Made by a program: the position numbers and the translations under genes. A stretch of 64,000 nucleotides of DNA from Octopus sinensis. Its lineage: Eukaryota. The number at the start of each line of letters is the position of its first letter. Position 1 is the first letter of the stretch. Below the pieces are notes generated by a model. The model worked only from the letters and a program-made list of their open reading frames with translations, did no database searches and was not told the origin of the DNA. The stretch is from positions 372,001-436,000 of the forward strand of contig NW_021831284.1 in NCBI RefSeq assembly GCF_006345805.1. The letters run 5' to 3'. Shown one piece after another: positions 1 to 12,214 of the stretch.

Positions 1-17
1 TAATTTACGTAAAGATA

Positions 18-1246
18 ATGAGGAACAATAAGAATGTTATGGAAATGAGAAATGGCAATAAAACACATAAAAAGAACTTTTCTTTTTTAAATTCTTCGGT
101 TTCAAACAGTCTAAAACTGCAAGAATCTTCTTTTGATGCTTGTCCATGGGTAACAGATTCTGAGATTCTAACTGGAATTGTCGGGTTTGTCAACTAAAAA
201 AATATAATTTAAGACTCGATAAGGAAATTCGACTTTTCTACGAATATATGCGACCCACTGAACAAGAGATTAAAATGCGCCAGGAAATTGTTTCAAAAAT
301 AACAGCCACTGTCGAGAAAAAATGGCCTGAAATACGCGTTTAAATATTTTTTTTACATTTTTTAGGTTCAGGTGTTTGGCAGCGTGAACACCGATTTGGC
401 TTTACCTTTAAGGTAAGATTTGAGCCACTTTACCCATTTTAGTGACATCGATGTTGTCTTTTTCGGTAACTGGCTTAAACCTCCATTTTACGAACTTCGT
501 GATTTATTTTTAAACACAAAAATTGCGAAGACTGTACAAATAATAGACCGAGCTGCTGTATATATGTCATATTATCTCAGGTTCCGATATTAAAAGTGAC
601 TGATTATGCAACCAACATAAAAGTCGACATTTGTTTTAATCGCGAAAACGGAATAATGAATGACGAACAGATTAAACTGTACATGGACCAGCATAGAGAC
701 CTGAAATATCTTGTCTATGTTCTCAAATATTATTTGTCGTACCTGAATTTGAACGAGGTCTATACTGGGGGACTTTCCTCTTATGGACTGATATTACTTC
801 TTGTCAACTTTCTCCAAGTAGATTTGTCAGATTTCTGTAAAATTGTAGAATTGTAGGCCGATTTTATTTCCGTTTAAGCCAAACAATTTGGGAGTTCAGT
901 TGATTGAGTTTTTGTATTTTTATGGATGTGTTTTCAATTTCGATCAATATGGGATTTCTCTTAAATCTGGTTATTTCAAAAAGTCGTACAATGGGCATCC
1001 TCGTATTTGTGTTTTGGACCCAATTGATTCAAGTTGGATTAATAATTCATTGTAGCGAATGATATTACGAAAGGGTCGTTTCGGATTTTGAATGTTTTGG
1101 AGAATTTCGGAAGTAGATATTACTATTTGTCGGCTTGTGTGATTCCCGCGAATGGAAAATGTGTGCGTAGTTTTCTCCGAGGTCTTTTTCAGGTGGATGA
1201 ACAATTGAGTAATTTCCGAAAATGGGCGAAAACGACATATTTATAA
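18..1246 (+). CDS. PAPD5: Non-canonical poly(A) polymerase, Trf4/PAPD5/TENT4 family (multi-exon; 5' end may extend beyond window)
   Basis: Splicing five 23-31 nt GT-AG introns gives PW..GIVGLDKEIRLFYEYMRP, VQVFGSVNTDLALPLSDIDVV (nucleotidyltransferase GS/DxD), VPILK..IKVDICFN, NEVYTGGLSSY, NLGVQLIEFLYFYG and LDPIDSTNDITKGSF. Stop TAA at 1244-1246. Confidence 0.9.
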
Positions 1247-2368
1247 TTTATTTTTTATTGAAATTCTTCATTTTTTTAAATTTTAATCTTTTTTGATGTT
1301 TGTAAGTATTGGGGTTGTTAGGCCACCAAAAATTAATTTATAATGAAAAATAAAAATAGAATGAAATTTTTTGGAGGATTTTTTTAGACGCTGAGTAATC
1401 TCTTAATAAAAATTGTAGTCTAAAATATTTTAGAAGCTATATGTCGCCAACCACAAACCACTTAATTTAAATAAATAGCAGACAAACTAACTCACTTTGT
1501 GACTCAGTTCGTTTAAAACTCATTGCAAAATTGGCTATCCAGTTCATTGAGGAGAAATAAGGTCAAGTGAGTTACCACATCTATTTAAAAATCTGCCTCC
1601 TATTTAAGTGAGTTTTTTCGCTTATTTTGAGTGGTATGGCACAAACTAATTTTTGCTGAACCAATTTATGTTAAACGAAATTTCAAGTCTTTGAGTGATT
1701 TTGAATTGAGGATTTTTAATTCTTAAAGTGATTTTCATTAAAAGTGTTTTCTTAGTCCCGTTTGCTGTTCAGAGGTTTTGAATTATTGATTTCCCATGAG
1801 TATATTCTATCTTTAATTACGTACTAATAGCAGGAGAAAAAGTATTATTATGCACAAAACGCGACAAGTTTTTATCGCCGCTTGTGCGAATAATTTTCTC
1901 CATTAGAAATCTCCACACTCCTTAAGAGACTGCGATTTTTCAGGACATTTTGTATGTGCTTGGTCTGTCTAAAAAGCAAAGGTGCCTAGGAAGGACTTCT
2001 GCAACATGTGGCTTACAGGGATAGCAGGATCTATTTTCGGAATATATCTAAGTAGTCCTCATCGAGCATTTTGGTCTCCCGGCAATCAGATTTATATGTA
2101 GCATATAGGTTCTTGTTGCTGATCATCTTCGGGCAAATAAATTCTTATCATTTTAATAAAAATTTAAATGAATTTACTATTAAGTATTTTTTATATTAAA
2201 TTAATTTTTTATATTAAATTATATTGCAAGGTTTCTTAATTTCTTTTAAAAAATAAATAAATTTAAACATTTCCTTGTTGACGTGGTGCTATTAGGTATT
2301 ATATTGTGTCTATTATAATGATTAAATTAATTATAAATTAAATGAATTTTTTAACATTTTTAGATTTT

Positions 2369-5128
2369 ATGGAATCCCGAACAAAAACAGAACACAGAAG
2401 CGAAGATCACAAATCTAGAAGAAGTCATCACCACTCAAAATCAAAAGACAAATCCCACCATTCAAAACATCACAAAAAACATTCAAGTAAAGAAAAAGAA
2501 TCAGAAAAACAAAAAAGAAAAGCCACATCCCCAGAAAATTCTGACCCAAAACGAATTCCCCAAATTCCAGAAACAGAAGAAGTTAAGGAAGTTCCCAAAG
2601 AACCAGAACCAGTTGTCGACATAAAAGAACTACGCCGAAAAAAACTCCAAGCTTGGCGGGAAAGTCACAATTTACCCGAACCAGTCAAACAACCCCCCAA
2701 ATCAGCAGATTTCGACTCAGAGGACCAAAAACCCGTCGATTCCCAAATCGAACCAGAAACTGTCCAGGAAGAAACAATTTTCGAACCAAATCCCCCAAAA
2801 GAAGCAGAAAACGAGGAAATTGACCCTTTGGATGCCTACATGGAGTCCTTAAAGAATGATTTGTGGAATAACGGACTTGTGAAGGGGGCAGACGGAGTAG
2901 TATCGAACATTCGAACTGAAAAATCACGGAAATGGCGGAAAGATAAAGGAGAACTAATGGAGAATTCAGAACACGAAATTGAATACACAAACCCTGAAGG
3001 TGGAGATGATTTGGAAGAGACAATCCGCAGATTCAGTATGAAGAAGGAGAAAGTAATCCAAATCGACCACACCAGTGTGGAATACCAGCCTTTCCGTAAA
3101 TGTTTTTACACACCGATTCCGGAAATAGCGAACATGTCAAGCGAAGAAGTCCAAATTGTGAGACGTCAACTTGATAATATCAAAGTGAAGGGAAAGAAGG
3201 CACCTCGGCCGGTCAAAACGTGGGCACAAACAGGCCTGCATTTGAAGACGATCGACACTCTGAAAAGGTGTGGTTTTAATACGCCAACTCCAATTCAAGC
3301 TCAGGCTGTTGTGACTATTTTATCAGGACTGAATTTGATTGGAATAGCCAAGACGGGATCTGGGAAGACATTGGCTTATGGTTTGCCACTAATTCGACAT
3401 GTGGCTGACCAGGATGTACTGCAGCCTGGGGATGGGCCTATTGCTATTATTATGACGCCCACACGCGAGCTGTGTTATCAAGTGACGAATGAAATCCGCA
3501 AATTCGCCCGTCTATTTGGACTGAAAGTGGTTTGTATCCACGGAGGTTCCCCCATTTCCGAACACATTGCCGAGCTGAAGAAGGGGGCGGAGATTATTGT
3601 GTGTACTCCTGGGAGAATGATTGATATGTTGGCTGCTAATAATGGACGGGTGACTAATTTAAGGCGTGTCACTTTTATTGCCATTGACGAGGCAGATCGG
3701 ATGTTTGATATGGGATTTGAGCCTCAGGTTATGCGGATTTTTGACAATTCTCGGCCTGATCGACAGGCTGTTTTATTCTCGGCTACTTTCCCTCGACAAA
3801 TGGAGGCTCTGGCCCGCAGGATTCTCGGCCAGCCGATTGAAATTCAAGTCGGAGGGAAGAATATTGTTTGTTCCGACGTTGAACAGCACGTTTTTGTGAT
3901 ACAAGAAAACCAAAAATTCCTCAAATTGTTGGAACTTTTGGGAATTTATGGAGAAAAGGGTTCAAGTTTGGTGTTTGTGGACACACAAGAACACGCAGAT
4001 GATTTGCTGAAGGGTTTATTACGTCATTCCTATCCATGTATGGCCCTTCATGGAGGTATTGACCAGTATGACCGGGATTCGATATTCAACGACTTCAAAA
4101 ACGGGGACATTCGGCTGTTGGTGTCGACTTCTCTTGCAGCACGTGGACTGGATGTGAGGGATTTGTATTTGGTGGTCAATTATGACTGTCCAAACCACTA
4201 CGAGGATTATGTACATCGGTGTGGGCGAACAGGGAGGGCAGGAAATAAAGGAAATGCTTTCACATTTATTTGTCCTGGCCAGGAAAAGTACGCAATTCAC
4301 CTGATGGATGCACTCAAGTCCTCAGACAGACCAGTTCCTCAACAATTGGAGGCAATGGCTGATTCATATCTCTCCAAACTCAACGAACAGGGCAAATCTC
4401 ACAATCGGTTTAACGGATTTGGAGGCCACGGCTTTTCATTTAACAAATCCGAGTCAGTGAACTACCAGAATGAACAACGAACTGCATTTGGCTTTATTTC
4501 TGATATGATTGACGACGGGGATGCCGATGAGAATTCGGTCGAGATTGAAAGTAACATTGAACGAATCTTCCACGGAGATTGTGACAAAATGACACTATCA
4601 TTATTGGGTGCTTCTGCCCGGAAGGAAGCTAATCGGACCAAGCTTGAGAAAGCCAGATTGTTGGCCTACGAAGAGAGTCAAGCCGCCGATGGAGTTCAAT
4701 CAAGTGGGGAAACAATTCTTGACATGAGGTCACGTGCGGTTGAATTGGCGGAAAAGTTACACGAACGTGTTGGTTATACTCCGTCGCCCACATTGTATGC
4801 CGAGGAAGTTGAGAAATATACACGTTATGCCTGTGATCTGGAAATAAATGATTTTCCTCGACAGGCTCGTTGGAAGATTACATCTCGTGAAGTTCTTTCT
4901 CAGATTGAAGAGTGTTCGTATGGGGCGACCGTAGGGGTGGGTGGAGTGGTGGTGGAACGTGGGAAGAAACCCCCCTTGGGGGAGAGAAAACTGCACATTT
5001 CGATCGCTGCCACCTCACAGGGGGCGTTGGATAGAGCAAAGAACGAGATTGTTCGAATTATCAAAGAAGAGCTGGTGGAAATTCAGGGTTCTTCCAGATA
5101 TCAGGAGTTTGGAAGATATGTGGTTTAA
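2369..5128 (+). CDS. DDX46: DEAD-box RNA helicase DDX46/Prp5
   Basis: Uninterrupted ORF with AKTGSGKT, PTREL, TPGRMID, DEAD, SAT, ARGLD and HRCGRTGRAG motifs, the EIDPLDAYM motif and a C-terminal LEINDFPRQARWKIT KH-like region. Probable ATG at 2369 follows a T-rich acceptor-like AG. Confidence 0.95.
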   Translation: MESRTKTEHRSEDHKSRRSHHHSKSKDKSHHSKHHKKHSSKEKESEKQKRKATSPENSDPKRIPQIPETEEVKEVPKEPEPVVDIKELRRKKLQAWRESHNLPEPVKQPPKSADFDSEDQKPVDSQIEPETVQEETIFEPNPPKEAENEEIDPLDAYMESLKNDLWNNGLVKGADGVVSNIRTEKSRKWRKDKGELMENSEHEIEYTNPEGGDDLEETIRRFSMKKEKVIQIDHTSVEYQPFRKCFYTPIPEIANMSSEEVQIVRRQLDNIKVKGKKAPRPVKTWAQTGLHLKTIDTLKRCGFNTPTPIQAQAVVTILSGLNLIGIAKTGSGKTLAYGLPLIRHVADQDVLQPGDGPIAIIMTPTRELCYQVTNEIRKFARLFGLKVVCIHGGSPISEHIAELKKGAEIIVCTPGRMIDMLAANNGRVTNLRRVTFIAIDEADRMFDMGFEPQVMRIFDNSRPDRQAVLFSATFPRQMEALARRILGQPIEIQVGGKNIVCSDVEQHVFVIQENQKFLKLLELLGIYGEKGSSLVFVDTQEHADDLLKGLLRHSYPCMALHGGIDQYDRDSIFNDFKNGDIRLLVSTSLAARGLDVRDLYLVVNYDCPNHYEDYVHRCGRTGRAGNKGNAFTFICPGQEKYAIHLMDALKSSDRPVPQQLEAMADSYLSKLNEQGKSHNRFNGFGGHGFSFNKSESVNYQNEQRTAFGFISDMIDDGDADENSVEIESNIERIFHGDCDKMTLSLLGASARKEANRTKLEKARLLAYEESQAADGVQSSGETILDMRSRAVELAEKLHERVGYTPSPTLYAEEVEKYTRYACDLEINDFPRQARWKITSREVLSQIEECSYGATVGVGGVVVERGKKPPLGERKLHISIAATSQGALDRAKNEIVRIIKEELVEIQGSSRYQEFGRYVV

Positions 5129-5191
5129 AACGCTTTTGTTAAATAAAATTTGTTTCATTTTTTCTTTAATTTTTAATTAGTTATCGTGCTA

Positions 5192-6234
5192 ATGTTGTAT
5201 CTTGTTGGTCTCGGTCTTGGAAGTTGGAAAAGCATATCGCTGAATGGACTGGAGGTGGTCAAACAGGCGGATTATGTGTATATTGAAATGTATACTTCCT
5301 TGATGTTTGATACTTCTGAACTAGTTTAGACATTTCACATTTATATTATTAGGAAAAAGAATGTAAAGGAAATGTTATACACGCAGATCGAGAAATGGTT
5401 GAAGCTCGTGATAGTATTTAATTATAGTTTATTAAATAGATATAATAATCCAACAATCCTTAGAAAATAATGTTGTACTTCTCGTGGGTGGCGACCCTCT
5501 GATGTATAATAAAATTATATTCAAAGGGCCACAACTCATATTGCACTTTACATGTCTTATAAGGACACAGAACAAAAGCCACAAATTCGTGTACTTCACA
5601 ACGCTTCTATAATTTCTGCTGTTTGCACTTCAGGACTATCAGTTTATATTCAAGAGGTTACGATTTAGGCAATAAAATTCGGAGAAACAGTTTCTATAGT
5701 TTTCTGGACCGAGAATTGGCAACCTGATAGTTTTTATGATAAAATTTTGTCCAACAAGAGGCGTGGTCTTCACACTTTGTGTCTTTTAGGTTGGATTATG
5801 ACTGTCTAATTATAGATCTTAGATACAGAGAAAGAACTATGGATAATATAATCAAGTTTTTAAATCATATTATATATATAGTCAGAGACCAATATATGAA
5901 ACTCCCCGTTATATGACTATTTCAACTGCTGCTTCACAACTTTGCCAAATAACGAAAAGAAGATTGACAAGTTTATTTATTTTGTTTTATTCTCCAAGAT
6001 GGAATGAATGAAGTAATTGAATTGAACTCGCCTTGTGTTGGTTTTGCCAGAATTGCTTATAAAGATATGAATTTCAGATATTCAACTCTCGAGGACATTG
6101 GTTCGTATGATTTTGGTGAGCCGGTGATTTGTTGTTTGGTGGTTTGTGGTGCTTTAAACGACGGTGAAAACCAAATGTTGGAGCTTATAAAATCTTGTAA
6201 TTATTATAGTCAATACAATCATTTTCAATTTTAA
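5192..6234 (+). CDS. DPH5: Diphthine methyl ester synthase (multi-exon)
   Basis: [71 protein letters not shown] and YETPRYMT, after removing seven 23-32 nt GT-AG introns. Confidence 0.92.
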
Positions 6235-6369
6235 GAATAAAAATTTTTATTCAATTTTTAACAGAATTTTTAAATAATTAAGAATTTATAACCAAGTAGT
6301 ATTTAAAATTAAGAAAATAAACAAATTTATTCTTGAGTTATTTTTACAATTAGTTATTTTCCTTTTTTT

Positions 6370-7385
6370 AAACTAATGTTTATCAATCATTCAGGTCAAT
6401 ATATCTAATTAGCAGCAGAGGATAGGATGGAATGGCAATTCCCACGCAAGATGGCTATTGATATGCTTTGGAAAAGCCATGTCCGTTCCCGATGATCATT
6501 TCTTCTTCTGCTTGCCAAATCCCCCAGTTTAATAAGGAATTTTTTAGTTCTGGGGCCGAGGACTCCCGATGTCTTCACTGCGATCGGGGCAAAGATATGG
6601 CGGTGAGATAATGCACTGTATTTCTTGATTTTTAGCGTTTCGGCCAGGTTGGCTGCGGAGCCCGGCTCTGAAGCACCGGTGTTCCAGGCATACGTTCAGA
6701 CCTAGGCCCAGTGATATGCCGATCCTCAGGCAATCATCGTCTAATAAGGTTCCAATAAAACCCATTGGGATAGCGGTCAACCAAGCCTCCGAATATGGTT
6801 GTGAGGCAGCCAATAAGCAACCCAAGCGATGTTGGTTAAGCTTAGGCTTGAGGTTGTTCAACTTCTGCTCGCAGAGGATCCTGTTCCATTCGACCTGTGC
6901 GTGCGGATTCTGAGGGAGCTCAAGAGATAACCCAAGCCAGCGGCTTTTTGCGGCGACTGACTCTGTGTCCAAAGAAGATTTGGAAAAGGGTTGGAGAATC
7001 TCTTGGACAAGGGTACTCGTTGCATGTGTGGAGGAAAGGAATGCTGGCAAAGAAAGGTCAGCGGCTGAGCGCGCACCGATGCCGCCATGACTGATAGGGA
7101 GTATTGCCTGTTCCCAGCCAAGATCGTCGAATGGTGCATTACATATTGATTCGAGGCAAGTCCTAAGAGCATGGTCGAATCTGGAAAGACTCTCGGGATT
7201 GGCAAAGCATGGTCGCTTCTGACAGTAAACAGTAGTTTAGGAATGGCGAAACAGTTCCTCAATAAGAACAGGGCCGAATGGGAATTGATGATACCAAGAT
7301 TACAGGACATTGACGCAAGGTTTGATGTTTTTTCTGATAAGGTAGAAACAACACCGGAGTGAAAAATCGGGGAACCCAGAATCTT
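6370..7385 (-). mobile_element. 5'-truncated CRE-like non-LTR retrotransposon (RT C-terminus plus RLE endonuclease, internally deleted)
   Basis: ILGSPI..HSALFLLRNCFAIPKLL, AWLTAIP..GTLLDDDCLRIGISL and WLFQSISIAILRGNCHSI motifs; A-rich 3' end near 6365; much higher GC than the flanks. Confidence 0.8.
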
Positions 7386-7475
7386 AAAAATTATTAATAA
7401 TTATTTTTGAGTTTTAAAAATAAATAGACTGTCAATAATACTTTGTTGTAGTTGGTTATTTTCATAATAAATTAG

Positions 7476-8946
7476 ATGAATCTAAAAGACAAAAACAATA
7501 ATTCTAGCAAACATGTCCGAATGTAAGAATTAATAAATATTAACACAAGATTTCCAGTATATATACCACCATTTTATTATACACTCGAAGACAGCAGTTC
7601 TGGCATAGCCGTACCTTATCCCTACCACGGTGGACTTTACTGTTCTCAAATCTACCCGATCAGGGATTCTCAACAACCTCAAGATATCGTCAATGAACAG
7701 AACCTGTCTAATCCTGTCGTTGGTTGTGATTTTTTAACCTATTTTAGAAATAACGCAAAATTTAAGTTCTCTGTCTACAAAAGAGGACTTTTCCGATCCT
7801 CCCAAACCTTCAAAAAGAATTAAAACAAAAGCAAAACGTGGCCCTGCTGTCGATTTTGCTGTAATTTATTTGTTTTTTATACTAAAATAGAATATTGAAA
7901 ACATGCAAGTTTTCCAAGAAAAAAAAGAAATCGTAAAACCCAAAAAACAAGTAATTTAATTCAAATATTTATCCAAAGTCAAAAATTGTGTCCTGTCCAA
8001 ACATTCTCGACTCGACCGCCCCAAAACATTACCCGGGAAAAAAGGGAGAGCGCGGGAAACTGACCACACTAAAAAAAGTCATAATTCGAGAAAGAAAGAC
8101 TGAAGAAGGTCAGATTGAATCTCCTCTCACAGATCAAAACATCAAAAAAAATATTCATAGCGACAAATTTAGAGAGTTGTTGATTAGTGGTTAGTTTGGC
8201 AGTTATTGTGATCATTTCTGTACGATAGACATTGATGGAGTTGTGTCTGAGATTGTGGAACGACTAAAGTTTTTTCAGTCAAGAAATATGGAGATAAATG
8301 CATATAAGGCATTGATGGATTTGAATTTGTAGGCCAAGACGAAGCTTCGTTATTGTTTAGGAATTCATCAAGTAGTCAAACAACTCGTTCTAAACAAAAT
8401 TCGACTTGTTTTGATTGCTCCGAATATTGAAGATATTAAATCGAAAGGCGGCTTGAATGAGTGTGTTGGGAGAATATTGGAGATGTGTCGTGAGAAGGAG
8501 GTGGCTTATGTTTTTGCGTTGAGTCGCCGTCGTTTGGGGCAGATTATCAGACCTGGAATGCCTGCTTCCACGATCGGCATTTTCGATTATTCAGGAGTTG
8601 AGGTTGATATGAGATGATAGTGTAGCATTCCGTTAATCGACTTTTAAATTTGGTCGCAGAATCGCGGAAGGCTTACGAGAATGCTATCGCAAAGAATTTG
8701 GAGATTATAAAATCTGAAGAAAATTGTCAAAATTTAAAATCACATAATCGGAATATTTCGGATGGGAGTGCAGTGTCTTTTTCTAGTAGTGTATTGACAA
8801 ATCCGATTTCCCAATGTGCCACTTTGTGTAGTGAGGTGTGTGAGAGTAAACCAGATTCGAGGATGGCTGACAAGTCTGAGAATGGATGCCGATCTAAACA
8901 TTCTAGAAATGCATCTAATTCCAGTAATATAAGTGACATTCATTAA
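7476..8946 (+). CDS. SECISBP2: SECIS-binding protein 2 (SID plus L7Ae domain; multi-exon)
   Basis: LDSTAPK..GK..TTLKKVIIRERK (SID); YC..IDGVVSEIVERLKFFQ; AKTKLRY.LG..V.K.L.LNKI.LVLIAPNIEDIKSKGGLNECV; YVFALSRRRLG; TIGIFDYSGVE (L7Ae). Confidence 0.88.
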
Positions 8947-8999
8947 TTTTGATTATTTTTTGTTATTAAAAATATACTTATTTGAAGAATAATTCAATC

Positions 9000-9290
9000 T
9001 GTGACAAAATTTTTATTTGTTAGCATTGCCAGAGGACGGTTAGATAACGGAAAAGTAAATAGTTTGTAAGCGAGATCCTCTGTCTCATTTTTCTCTAAAC
9101 AATAAGGAGGCGAGTCCTTTAGGATTTTGAATGTTTGCGAAGGCTCCAGAGGTCTTGAATGCCAGAGGGACAAAGGAATGTTGGGCGGCAAGTTTTTGTA
9201 TTTTTCGGTTTTATGGGTTTTCTTCAAAGCCCCGGTCGAACTGGGAAAGATGCAGACAAATCTAGTTTATGGATCTTGCAGAAATGAAGT
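9000..9290 (-). mobile_element. Decayed CRE-like RLE fragment
   Basis: Frameshifted remnants LSAS.VRPG, RKIQKLAAQHSFVPLAFKTSGAF resemble the RKYxxL..F.P.A.ETSG motif of the other copies. Confidence 0.5.
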
Positions 9291-10201
9291 CATGGTTGTT
9301 CTCAGGACTTGTTCTCAATGTTTTGCAAGACGTTTTATGAACACTCGCAAACTCATACATTTCGTCCTTTAATTCAAAAACCCTCGTTAATGCTTTACTT
9401 CTCGTTAGCCATCGAATTTCGGTATGAAGTAACAAATTTGTAAAGTTTGACCACATTTCATCACAAAGAGTAGTAAAAATGCGAGATTTTTTGGGTCGAC
9501 TTTTTATATTATTAATCATTCGGATAATATTATCCAAGACAGATTTTAAATTCATAGGTAATGTTTTTACAACCAATACTTATCGATGCAAAAAACAATG
9601 TGATGATATTATCTCATTATTTTTAGATTTAACTAATGAAACAAGTCCATTAATACGACCAGACATAGACGGGGTTCCATCTGTACATATACCAATACAA
9701 TTGGCAAATGAAATATTCTTGATATTGAAATAATCGTTTAATATCATGAACATATCAATTGGTTGAGTAGTGTAGTTAAAAGAGGCTAGCAAAAACAAGA
9801 ATTGTTCTGTAATTTTCCCAGAATAAACAAATCGTATATATGCCAACAAATGTGCCATTCCCGAAATATCTGTGGCTTCGTCAAGTTGTAATGAAAATCG
9901 AGTTTCTTTAATAGAAAATGAGACACTTTTTTCAATATTCTCCGACAAAGCATAAATCCGACGAGAAACAGTGTTATCTGACAAAGGTATCTTCATTATT
10001 TTTTGTTCATGACCAAACATAGTTCGAGCAATAATACGACAAGCAGGAATTATCAAGTTTTCGCCAATTGTGTGAGGTTTTAGTTGTTTTGCTATCAATT
10101 CTGAGATCAGGTGTGAACATTTTAATGATTCCTTTGTGTTTACAAAAGTTTCATTGAACATCATTTGACTAGATCTACGATGCATAGTAAAAACTAAATA
10201 A
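9290..10201 (-). mobile_element. hAT (Buster-type) transposase fragment
   Basis: KPHTIGENLIIPAC, IPLSDNTVSRRI, FSLQLDEATD, CTDGTPSMSG, HCFLHR and LLLHTEIRWLTR; truncated and interrupted by the pogo element. Confidence 0.8.
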
Positions 10202-10582
10202 TACAGTAAAACCTCTCGAATCCGCCGATTTTTGGTCGGTCCCAAAATCGGCGGATTCGAGAAATCGGCGGATTCGAGAGGCAATTTAAATAATATTTTA
10301 TAGTTGAAACATGAACTCACAATATAGATTAAGTATTTCTTTTCATATACAAATGACTGAATACATAAAATTATTTATATTCAAAAAAATCAGAAATTTT
10401 ATTTTTTTTAATTGATTTTCTTAGCATTTCCCCAATTCGCATAATATTTTCATGATCATCTATATCTGCATTTACCTGAGAAGCATAAGTTTTAATAATC
10501 TCTAGAGCTCTGAAGGCTTCTGAGAGATCAACTTTTTTCTCATTTGATTCCTCTTCAATCATTGTTTCCTAAGTATAATTAT

Positions 10583-11740
10583 TGTCGTAAGTTATAGCGT
10601 CCGGGCCAGTTCTAAGTGTCCGGAGTGATAAATCGGATTTATCACTCCAAATCATTATGATTTTGGGAATAAATTTTATTTGTGTCGCCTAATTTTGGTT
10701 AAATAGCGTCCTATACGGGGATACGGATGAAATTATTGGTAAAATGTACCCGCATGTTTTTCTGGTAGGCAAAAAAATTGAAATTTTATTTTTGTTGAAT
10801 TAGATAGGAAATGGGTCGAATTGGGGATAAAATGTCTATATTTTTTTCCGGATTTTTATATTCAAAAATTTAAATTTTTATTTAACAGTTTTACGTTTTT
10901 TAAACTGTAACAATTAAAATTGATTTCGATAAAAATATAAAAACAAGAAAATATCCACTCACTAGTTTTTTTAGCAAGGAACAATTTCTAGTAGTGGAAG
11001 AAGTTTCTCTGCATTCCGTTCTCGTTGAGAATTGCACATCTGGTGAAAGGAAGACAATTCCAAAGTCAATGATTAAAAAAATTAACTTTTAAAAAATTAC
11101 ATTTTCATTTTATATTCAATCAATTTGTAATGTTTCTTTAAAAATTGTTTCATAATATAAGTGAACTTTTGCTTTGTTTTATTCGACATAGGAGACGTTG
11201 CTTCTATACTGGAAGAAGGTCATCTCGTCTAAACCCTCTTCGTCACATAAATAAAGACCGGAAGAGTTTGCACAGAATCATATGTAGCGGTTGAATACAG
11301 ACTCTGTTGAAAACTGAATTTATATTATACGAGACTGTTTGGGACAATGTTTGTAAATTTTATTATCTATTTTTATGTTTAGTTTCGGTTTTCGATTTAG
11401 TCAATATCTATATTTTATAGTCTTTTTAGCAATCAACAAATAGTTATAAAACTAAAGGATTTGAATTTAATTAATTGAGGTTAATTGTGAAAAAAAATTC
11501 GCATAGAGTAATCTTACATTTTTATGTTCGTTACTATGAAAATTTCTTTGTTTAATTTCCGCGTTCTTGTTAACTGAGTTACTTTTTTCAAATTTTAATA
11601 ATTTAAAAAATTATTGAATTAACAAAAGTAATCATTAAGAATTTCAGATCTTAAACAAAGAATTTAGATGATTTGGAGTGATAAATCCGATTTATCACTC
11701 CGGACACTTAGAACGGGCCTAGACATTATAACTTACGACA
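10583..11740. mobile_element. Non-autonomous TIR element with TGT...ACA ends and 5-bp TSD (Ginger2-like by termini)
   Basis: ~73-bp imperfect TIRs beginning TGTCGTAAGTTATA; ATTAT duplicated at 10578-10582 and 11741-11745. Confidence 0.75.
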
Positions 11741-12214
11741 ATTATTAAATAAAATCACTAACTGATTGAACTTTTTTTGACTGTAATGTACCAGCTTGTT
11801 CAGATTTGTCTAAAAATTCGATTAGCTCTTCATTTTCAGTATATCCGTAATCAACAAATTCACTATAAGATATTGGATCGTCAATTTGAAATTTCTTAAT
11901 TATTTCTTCATAATTATTTTCGTAGTTCTTAGATTCACTGTTGATTGTGATTGTTTCACATTTTATCCATCCTTGTGCATGACGGAAACAATTTTTGATG
12001 GTCGTAGGAGTACTTTATTCCAAGCGAAGAATGTTAATGTCGCAGCAGTTTTAAGGGTGATTCCATTAATTGCATTCTGACAATTTTCCCCTGCCTCAAC
12101 CTTTTCGATTATATCATTTATTTTCAAATTGGTAAATTCGGCTTTAAAGCACGTAGTATAGAAATTTTTTCGTTGATAGAAAGTCTAACACAACGACGCA
12201 TCACAAAAATACAA

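Noticed and set aside
5-193. Minus-strand 62-aa ORF with a hydrophobic end
   Set aside because: Antisense shadow of PAPD5 exon 1, which reads PW..GIVG|LDKEI on the plus strand.
1290-1380. GTAAGT donor followed by an Sm-like AATTTTTTGG (possible spliced-leader RNA)
   Set aside because: No convincing stem-loops, single copy, and both motifs are common in AT-rich DNA.
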